This document shows, one piece after another, positions 54,473 through 64,000 of a stretch of DNA of 64,000 bases. Source of the DNA: the human T2T-CHM13v2.0 reference genome, Homo sapiens; assembly GCF_009914755.1 (NCBI RefSeq), contig NC_060937.1. One strand, written 5' to 3'. The notes beneath the pieces are model-generated. The model had not been told where the DNA came from. It saw nothing but the letters and a program-made list of their open reading frames with translations, and did no database searches. The position numbers and the translations under genes were made by a program. Numbering within the stretch: position 1 is the first letter of the stretch; every line of letters starts with the position of its first letter.

Positions 54473-55214
54473 AGAGAAACAGTGATGGAGACATCCCTGA
54501 ACTTGCACAGGAGGACTGAGGCCATGAGTCTGAAAGAAGAGACTGCTCAGTGACAGATTGTTGGCTTTGCCAAGGGTGGCTCATTTTCCCAAGAAAGAAA
54601 ATCTGACTAGCAGGGTGGCCAATCTAAAAAGCTGCACCATCCTTAAAAGATCTTTCTCTCTCTTTTCTGGTAAAAGTACTATATAATTCCTCATTCTCAT
54701 ATTTTGAGTTCCAAGCCTTTCAAATATGTACAGAGAGTAAGAATGATGGCACTTTTCTACTCAAGACACTGTTGGGATGTACTGGTTTTAGTAATACTGT
54801 TGCCTTGCAGATAAAGGATGGAAGCAGAATATTGGATCATCTTTTTCATCTTTTTTACCTCCTCAGCTTTCCAGCACATTGCTTGGCAGCATTGTTATCT
54901 ATATTTATGTTGTTAATATCCAGTTTGGAGCACAGACTTCCAACTAAATTACACATAATATCCTGATGGTCTTCACTCTGCAAATGGTATTGTGTTGGCA
55001 ATACACTCTTTAACATTCCACCTCTCACTTAATGTCACACTTAACTGCAGCTCTTAACTTTGGAGTAATGTAGACATTTTCTAATAGTTTCTTATTCTGA
55101 GTAAGATGCAGATGATTACCTTCCCTTGGGAGTATGTTACCAAATTTTTTCATCATATGAAAAAATCTTGTTAGCTGTGTCTTTTAAATCATGCCTTTGT
55201 TTTGTATGTTTTAG

Positions 55215-55351
55215 TTTCTTCAGATGGAGGTACTGAGCCCTCTGCCTTAGTGGATGACAACGGTAGTGAGGAGGACTTCAGCTATGAAGACCTCTGCCAG
55301 GCCAGCCCTCGGTACCTGCAGCCCGGCGGGGAGCAGCTGGCCATCAATGAG
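55215..55351 (+). CDS. SPATA13: SPATA13 coding exon (137 nt, phase 1/0): VSSDGGTEPSALVDDNGSEEDFSYEDLCQASPRYLQPGGEQLAINE (APC-binding region)
   Basis: Acceptor tgtatgttttag|TT, donor GAG|gtactg; phases fit the neighbouring exons. Confidence 0.93.
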
Positions 55352-55492
55352 GTACTGGAATTCCACACGACAGTAGTGGATACGGGATACCTGATTTTCA
55401 GGGTCCACAACCACTTCTGACTTTGTTCCCTAGTTCTTCTTTACTAAGCATGTCCGAAAACCTGGAACTCTGATTAAAACAACACTGTGATT

Positions 55493-55757
55493 CACTTTGG
55501 AAGGCCAAGGCAGGTGGATCATTAGTGGTCAAGAGTTTAAGACCCGCCTGGCCAACATAGTGAAACCCTGTCTCTACTAAAAATACAAAAAAATTAGGTA
55601 GGCATGATGGTGCGCACCTGTAAACCCAGCTACTTGGGAGGCTGAGGCAGGGAGAATTGCTTGAAGCTGGGAGGCGGAGGTTGCAGTGAGCTGAGAGCAC
55701 ACCACTGCACTCCAGCCTGGGCGACAGAGCGAGACTCCATCTCAAAAATAAAGAAAG
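55493..55757 (+). mobile_element. Alu (AluS-like, 5'-truncated)
   Basis: TSD aacaacactgtgattc. Confidence 0.9.
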
Positions 55758-56611
55758 AACAACACTGTGATTCTCTGACCTCGTCCAGGAAAATATATGG
55801 GATTAAGCTTTCTGGGTAGAGGCAGCTCGTCTTTTTAGGTAAGGAACAGCAGCTCCCCATCAGTGTTCGGCCAGTGCTTTCCACTTGATAAAGAATACCC
55901 TCCCCTCCACTATCTCGTGTAATTCTCACAACTGATCTAAGAAGCGGACATTATGGTTATTATCCACATTTTCATCAACGCTCTAAGGAAAGATGTCTAA
56001 TTACTGGCTGGCGAATGGCAGAGCTGGAGGCACCCATGTATTTCTCCCTCCAAATCTGGTGTTCCTTTGGCCACCCTGCAGCTTTAGCTTTTTTTTTAGG
56101 AAATCATTCTGGAAGATACCTCCAGCTTTTGGCATTCTTGAGCAGAACGTGTGGAGCATAACTCCTTAGTGAGTCAGCGTCTTTACTGAGATGGCCAGTG
56201 ATGTGTATCGTTGGGCGCTAAGGAGATGGGCAAAATCACCTGCTCCCGTGGCCAGGGGATGGAGGAGCCACATCTGTTCCTGACTTTTTAATTGTTAACG
56301 ATCTCAAGATCATGCTATGTTCTCTTCAATTGCTGTAAAGTGTAAAGTTAGATGCAAAACTTACTCGAATTGTGAATAAAGTATGAATGATCCACACTGG
56401 AGGGAGATGTGAGGGACTTCCAATAGCATATGTGCATAACTTTAGTAGGCTTGGCTCTGTGACATCTAGTACGGCTGCCAGAAACCATTTTTGGAGCAAA
56501 TATTTCAGAATTCAAGTTTGCTAGATAACTGACCTGCTGCTAAGTGAGCAGCTAGTACTTTTTTAAAAAGGGGCCTGCCTGCCTGCCTGCCTTCCTCCCT
56601 CCCTCCCTCCC

Positions 56612-57073
<462 letters not shown>

Positions 57074-57293
57074 TAAAAGCAGGTAGAGATGTCCTCCTGA
57101 CTTTGTTTTTTCTTAGTCTGTTCTCCTGGGTTCTCTTTGTGTAACCAGTCACATAGTCAGTGTGGACCAAATGCCACCAGCGTATCCAAGTGAGAGGATA
57201 CCAGTGTCACCCTGAGAGAGTGCACCTAGTGGCTCCCTCACCATCCCGCCCACTCGTGCTCTATGCTGAGCGCACCCCACTGTCTCCTTTCAG

Positions 57294-57473
57294 CTGATCA
57301 GTGATGGCAACGTGGTCTGCGCAGAAGCCCTGTGGGACCATGTGACCATGGATGACCAGGAACTGGGCTTCAAAGCCGGGGATGTCATCCAGGTTCTGGA
57401 AGCCTCCAACAAGGACTGGTGGTGGGGCCGCAGTGAAGATAAGGAAGCCTGGTTCCCCGCGAGCTTCGTCAGA
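57294..57473 (+). CDS. SPATA13: SPATA13 coding exon (180 nt, phase 0/0), SH3 domain: [60 protein letters not shown]
   Basis: Acceptor tctcctttcag|CTG, donor AGA|gtaagt; SH3 signature ALWD...EL.F..GD.I.V...WW.G...WFPASFV. Confidence 0.97.
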
Positions 57474-57844
57474 GTAAGTGTGGGGTGCTTGCAGCTTTTC
57501 CAAAGTACCTGGGGGAGCTGCAGGATCCTTTCAGGTCAGAACTCGCCTTTTATCAGGTCAGCTCTTTTGTAATTGATATCTGACATGCAAGTCACACCTG
57601 TAAGAAATTAGGCTGGGTCGGAGCAAAAATGTTAAAGGCAGGCAAGCGAGTTGCTCGGTGTTTCTCTGTGGTCCTCGTGCCTGCTGGCATAGCCGCAGCC
57701 CTGCTGAGGCCATGAGACTCAGGCGAGGGCCAGGCTGCCTTCCTAACAGGTCACAGGAAAGTAGGAACCTGGGAGGTCTCCTGCCTCTGCTCCATGCTGC
57801 CCTCCCCTGCCCCAAGTCACCTGTCCCCTGTATGTGGGTTGCAG

Positions 57845-58030
57845 TTGCGAGTGAATCAGGAAGAGCTGTCGGAAAACTCCAGCAGCACCCCCAGTGAGGA
57901 GCAGGACGAGGAGGCCAGCCAGAGCCGCCACAGACACTGTGAGAACAAGCAGCAGATGCGGACCAACGTCATCCGGGAGATCATGGACACCGAGCGGGTG
58001 TACATCAAACACCTCAGGGACATCTGTGAG
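57845..58030 (+). CDS. SPATA13: SPATA13 coding exon (186 nt, phase 0/0): LRVNQEELSENSSS...QQMRTNVIREIMDTERVYIKHLRDICE (linker plus start of DH domain)
   Basis: Acceptor ttgcag|TTG, donor GAG|gtggga; DH CR1 motif R..VI.EI..TER.Y...L. Confidence 0.96.
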
Positions 58031-58252
58031 GTGGGACGCCAGGCTGGGACCTCACTGAGGGTCACAGTATGAGGCTGCATGAGGTGCCTGGGCTTTCTCC
58101 CCACCTCCACCCCCCGCCCCCCCATCAGGCTCCCACATGTATGCTCATTTCTCCGCCTCTGCTGTCTGCACTGCTAAGTCTGAGTGCTGCGGCTGTCCTA
58201 GCTGTTGGTGGAGGTTTTTTAGAGTCAGGGTCTCTTTTCAGAGACAAGGCTT

Positions 58253-58542
58253 TTCTTAGAGATAGGGTCTTGCTCTGTCATGCAGACTGGAGTACAGTGG
58301 CGTGGTCATAGCTCACTGCAGCCTCAAACTCCTGGGCTTTAAGCAGTCCTCCCTCCTCAGCCCCCCGAGTAGCTAGGGCTACAGGCATGCATCACCACAC
58401 CCAGCTAATTTTCTAAATTTTATATAGAGATAGGGTCTCACTGCGTTGCCGAGGCTGGTCACGAACTCATGGACTGAAGCAATTTTCCTGCCTTGATTTC
58501 TCAAAGTGCTGGGATTAGAGGCGTGAGCCAGTGTGCCCGGCC
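58253..58542 (-). mobile_element. Alu (AluJ-like)
   Basis: Antisense dimer. Confidence 0.88.
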
Positions 58543-60078
58543 CCTCTCTTAAGTGCACTCTGCAACTATCTCTATCAGGACCTAATTCCTGAGATTATTT
58601 GAAAAGAATGGCTTTCATAGAAGGCAACACCCTCACTTGATTTTACAAAGAGTCAAAGGTTTGTCACTATCTGCAACCCCGCTGCATCTAATCACCAACT
58701 GACAGATGAGATCCTGAGTCATTTAGACACAGATGGGAAAAAATGCTGGTTTTATATTGGTCATATGAAAGGCTATATTCTATTGTCATGCTATTCTACT
58801 TGGCAACAAATTTTATTTTATAGTTTTATCCTGATTTCAGAGAACTTGTCATTAGTAGAGGTGCACCTGAAAGGTTTTGTCTTCCTGTGGTATTTTGTGC
58901 TTCTATGGATTGTGTACGAGCATCACACTACACTGCTGTTCGCCCTGTCTGCTCATTACGGCTCTCCTAGCTGTAAATGCTGATATCTGCACTATCAGTT
59001 CAACGCTGACCATTCAGTGCTGAAGACAGGTTGAAGTCAGAGAACTGCCCGTTCTCTAATCGGATTAGCCAGCTGTGTGGACATGCCAGTGTTTAGCTTC
59101 TTTGTGCCAGCCATCTCGTTCTGTATGAGTGTGTGGCGAAAGAAGCAGGTCTGCAGTGCCATTTAGGGAAATAAGAGGAAGTGCCCATGATTATTGAGCA
59201 TTGACTGTTTGTCACCCCTCACCTGGATTAACTCAGCTACCACAGCATTCCCCCTGAGCAGGTCCTGTTAGCCCCCATTGCAGATGGGGAAACAAAGGCA
59301 CAGAGAAGTTAAGTGGTGGGATTGGATTTAAACCCAGGCAGTCTGCCCCAGAACCTATCCTTTTCTGAACTATTACATTATATTGTTTTCCTGTTAAAAT
59401 TCATACCAAGTAGTCATTGGTATGTGTTTTACTCCATGGTCAGTTTATTCTACTGAATGTCATGATAACTCTTTTTGAGTTAGCTGTTACATGTATGTAC
59501 AGCCTTTTCTTCTTATCCCACTAGCTCCTACCTAAGCCATAGTATAGCCATGGTGTTGCACATAGATAATTAGTGCAAGCCTCAGATTAAAGACCCACAG
59601 ATTGATGCTGTCCATAGAAAGGCGGTGCTGGTGGAATCCTTGGGTAAGAGGAATCCTTGCCCTGATGAACAGTGCACAGAGCTGCATGGGCTATTCAGCA
59701 AGCAGTGACATTCTGCATTTGACAAGTCTCCTGGGCTGTGAAATGGAATTAGGGTTGGGAGAATGATTACCTGAAGAGTTTGGAAAAACACGTGACGACA
59801 CCAATTTTTGAGCTCTGGTATTTGAAACTTGTTTCTGGAAACATTATATGGTTTATTGGATCCTAAATCCAACCGCATGAGCCTTTTTGCTTTCTTTTTA
59901 TTTTAAAACACCTATGGCAAATTGCAGTCATGGAAGTACGATGACCTCATCAGAGACTCATAGAGTCTTTTTAATTAAAATTCATTCCAAGTTCATGGCT
60001 TTAGGCCTACAAAAGCTGTACTATTCAAATAATTTATTTGGATTTCCAAATAAAAAGTATTACTTCTGTATTTTGCAG

Positions 60079-60258
60079 GGCTATATCCGACAGTGCCGCA
60101 AGCACACAGGAATGTTCACCGTTGCGCAGCTAGCCACTATTTTTGGAAACATTGAAGATATTTACAAATTCCAAAGAAAGTTTCTGAAAGACCTTGAGAA
60201 ACAGTACAACAAAGAGGAACCTCACTTAAGTGAAATAGGATCTTGCTTTCTTCAAAAT
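60079..60258 (+). CDS. SPATA13: SPATA13 coding exon (180 nt, phase 0/0), DH domain: [60 protein letters not shown]
   Basis: Acceptor ctgtattttgcag|GGC, donor AAT|gtgcgt; [16 protein letters not shown] motif. Confidence 0.96.
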
Positions 60259-61731
60259 GTGCGTCACCCTTTACTTCATTATTAATAACATCTGCTTACA
60301 TAATTTTGAAGTGCATCTCCACAGAAAACAGGAGTCTCTTTTGTTTTATTGTTTGTTTGCTAGATGAATCTTCCATAGAAAGGAGATGTTTCTTCTATCT
60401 TATATGCTTATCATATAAACAAAATCTGTATAGTTAATCTTGTCTAAATGTCCCAAATTCATTTTTTCAAAATCCTTTTATGTAGTCTGGAATTAGGGGG
60501 TTACATTTGGAGTAATTACTTTTTAAAAATTTCTAAGGGTTATGCCATAAGAACTATGGAGTCCTTCCTAATAATATCCAGGAAGTGTCTATTACATTTC
60601 AGGCACTGTTTCCAGGGTTTTCTTATATTAGCTTGTGTATTGCTATGAGGTAGATATGATTATCTCTCACTTTCTAGATGAGGAAACTAAGGCCCAGAGA
60701 GTAAGTAACCCAAGACCACATACCAGTAAGAGGCATCTGTGAAGGCAGACCCGGGCATGCGGCTCCAGGACGCATGGTTGTGATACTGTAACTGCCTCAG
60801 AACCTTCCTGTGATAACATGCATTTATCATTTTTTAACTTATGATTGACTATTACTACTTAACCGCTAAAGGATTTCAGAGGAAGATTTTAGTCCCAGCC
60901 CAAATAGCTAGGGAACAGTAAGAGTAATAATAATAACAATGACAGCCTCACCACACCTTCACTTCCTGGGTGCTGGGCTCAGTAGCTGTCTAGAGTCCTC
61001 TGGGGCAGATAGATTTTAAGTGGCTGGGCATAATGTTTTTGTGTTAAGTTAGTCAGCTGGAGGCTGGGCCCCATGTGTGACGTGGGCATATCTGGGACAT
61101 TGTCACAGGCCTCCTTGTGTGGCCTGTGCAGAAGGTTCCTGCAGGAGCCAGCTTAGGACAGGCTGGAGGCCAGGTGGTGGCATGAGGAAGGTAAGTCTCA
61201 CAGTGAGGACAGGGGAGTACTGCTGCCACCAGGGAAGGGGTCTTGGCGGGCCCAGCCAGGGTGACGGCAGAGAATTGGGAAGAGAGGTATGTTGAAATGG
61301 GCATTTTTGAGGAAAACCTGACAAGACTAGTTGTAAACCACAAAGAATAAGCAACGATTAAAACTGCATACATGGTTTTCAGCGAGTTGAAAAAATTTGT
61401 GGGAGGGGGACGTTAGAGGCCCTGCTCCCCACCTTCCAGGATGAGCGTGAGGCAGGCTAGAAAGAGACCAGGGTGCTGAGTTCCAGGGCAGCCTCATCCC
61501 CAACCCCCTCAGGAGCCTGCTGAAGCACCCCTTCTCGCCGGCCAGATAACGCTTGCGGAAACCATGGCAGGGCAGCTTGGGTGCCAGCGGATTTCATGCC
61601 CTGTCCTTCTTGCAGTAGTCCATCTTCCTCCTTTCTAGGAGTGTCCCTTAGAGAGGGCTGGGATGATGCCTGTCTTTGTCATGTCCCAGAGGCACCCCAG
61701 AAGCTGACGAAGCTGTACTTTTCCTTCCCAG

Positions 61732-61964
61732 CAAGAGGGCTTTGCCATCTATTCCGAGTACTGCAACAACCACCCGGGCGCCTGCCTGGAGCTCGCCAAC
61801 CTCATGAAGCAGGGCAAGTACAGACATTTCTTTGAAGCCTGCCGCCTGCTGCAGCAGATGATTGACATCGCCATCGACGGGTTCCTGCTCACACCAGTGC
61901 AGAAGATCTGCAAATACCCGCTGCAGCTGGCCGAGCTGCTCAAGTATACCACACAGGAACACGG
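61732..61964 (+). CDS. SPATA13: SPATA13 coding exon (233 nt, phase 0/2), DH domain: [77 protein letters not shown]
   Basis: Acceptor ttttccttcccag|CAA, donor ACGG|gtgagg; DH CR2/CR3 motifs Y..YC.N and FLL.PVQKI.KYPL.L.ELLK.T. Confidence 0.97.
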
Positions 61965-62822
61965 GTGAGGAGCATGGGTAAGGGGCACAGGTGAGAGCAC
62001 TGCTGCCATTACCCGTAGGCAGCTCTTAACTCCAGGCAGTGATAGGTGGGCTTCAGTGTCAGCCTTAACACTTTGGGAGCTCCATGGGAGAAGTTTTCAG
62101 GTTGTTTAGAATGTGTGCAATTAACTATTGAAATAGAGTGGTTGAAGAGCCTCCAGGATATCCAGTCCTAGAGCTATGAAGACACAAGGGCCATTCGTGA
62201 GCTGTGCCACGAGTGCATGGCGGCTTTTGTTGTATTGTTATGTTGCTTACCTGTATTTTATAAACATGTCTTTGAGTACTCAGTAGTTAGTAAAGACGGT
62301 TTCTGAGGGAAACAGACCAGTGTGAATGGAAAGCCATAACTCTGGTTCTCTCCTGTACCCTTGAGGTTGACGTACAGCAGCTCGGCTCAGAGCAGGATTC
62401 TTTATGGCAGAAACATTACTTACTAGTGGCTTACCTAAAGTTACTTGTTGTTAAGCAGTCTCTATTTAGCAACCCCTTCTCTATTTAGAAGGGGTGAGGG
62501 CACACACAAGCTTGAACTGTAAAAGGGTGTGGATTGTCAGGGGTGCAAACCCATATGGGGCAGCTGAGAAGACCAGGGCATTGGGCACCTGCTGGGCCCT
62601 GAGCCGTTCCCTACCCACCGGGGTGCCGACTCTCTGGTCTTCTCCCTGTTCCCTCCTGCTGGGAGCACAGGGCTTCCTTCCATGCTTACCTGAATGCTGC
62701 ATCTCCCTTCGAGCTTCCTTGGTGCCTGACTAAGCTCTTCTTGTTACTCACACTTCTGTTGTTTGGATCTCGGCTTCTCCTGAACAACAAGCAACAAAAT
62801 ACACTCTCTCTCTGTCTTTATT

Positions 62823-63161
<339 letters not shown>

Positions 63162-63821
63162 TCTCTCTGTCTTTATTATCTGCCTTGGTTGTTTCTGGAT
63201 TCTTCTCACGCCCTTGTTCCCTAGCTATATGATCTCTTCTGGGGGAGCCAAAAGTTACCCTTTGTTTCCTTAATAGCCAACCATCATTTCGTGCATGCAC
63301 AGAAGCCTTTGTGTGGTTATACATTAGGCATGTCACCCATTCAGCATTGGAATGTGCATGCCCATTTTCCATGCCATGGGAAAATGTCATCACAGCACAG
63401 CCCAGCTGTTGGGTACCTCAAGGTAGCAGTGCTTGGCCAATTCTGAGTTCTCACCTGGCCAGCAGGGACAGGATAGTCATAGGGCAACTGCTGTGTGCCA
63501 GGCTCCAAGCCAGGCTACCCAGGGGCGCAGGGGTCTAGGCTAAAGCTGACTCTTTTAGATGAGAATCGAAACAGGGTCCATGCCCCTGACACAAAATCTT
63601 TAACTGCACCTGCAGCTCTGGAGACGGTCATCTCAAAGGGTCCTAATGAGAAGAGGAAGAGGGAAGGGATTGTACCAGGAGGAAATTTCTATGGCAAACC
63701 ACAACAGTTCTGGGTTTCAGCAGCTAAATATCTTCCTGCAGGGAGTGGAGAGTGAATCATTATTTTGTCCTCTCTGCCTCTGAACTCCTGTGGAGAGACA
63801 GACTTAAAAAAGGAAACTTCT

Positions 63822-64000
63822 GGCCGGGCGCCATGGCTCACGTCTGTAATCCCACCATTTTGGGAGGCCGAAACGGGTGGATCACATGAGGTCAGGAGTT
63901 TGAGACCAGCCTGGCCAAATGGTGAAATCCCATCTCTACTAAAATGCAAAAATTAGCTGGGCATGGTGGCGGGCACCTGTAATCCTAGCTAATTGGGAGG
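63822..64000 (+). mobile_element. Alu (AluS-like), cut by the window end
   Basis: Left arm, linker and start of right arm. Confidence 0.9.

Noticed and set aside
57220-57236. CTCF-like gtgcacctagtggc, and similar motifs near 12708 and 24215
   Set aside because: They mismatch the conserved GGCRS part of the core and are much weaker than the site at 65-78

Overview
Human genomic DNA; an AluYb8 element supports human origin. The window covers the middle of SPATA13 (ASEF2/ARHGEF29), a Dbl-family Rac1/Cdc42 GEF, on the + strand. Seven shared coding exons read in frame with GT-AG boundaries: 20557-20922, 22798-22942, 55215-55351, 57294-57473 (SH3), 57845-58030, 60079-60258 and 61732-61964 (DH domain). 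The gene continues beyond both window ends. Two alternative N-terminal coding exons lie inside the 32-kb intron: MVARGEIARFWSLESLHL (41924-41978) and a MIR-derived, lysine-rich exon ending at a GC donor (49780-49900). The rest is intron containing about 30 Alu loci, L1/L2/MIR, MaLR/ERVL LTRs, MER2/MER5 DNA elements, microsatellites and a 32-nt U2 snRNA retro-fragment. The most notable unexplained structures are an inverted pair of perfect NF-kB sites, an iterative templated insertion copied from 2.5 kb upstream, two diverged local duplications, two AG|GT recursive-splice-like sites and a strong CTCF motif. No prokaryotic-type system (CRISPR, operon) is present, and I see no convincing novel multi-gene system. 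Repeat boundaries and subfamilies were called by eye and are approximate.
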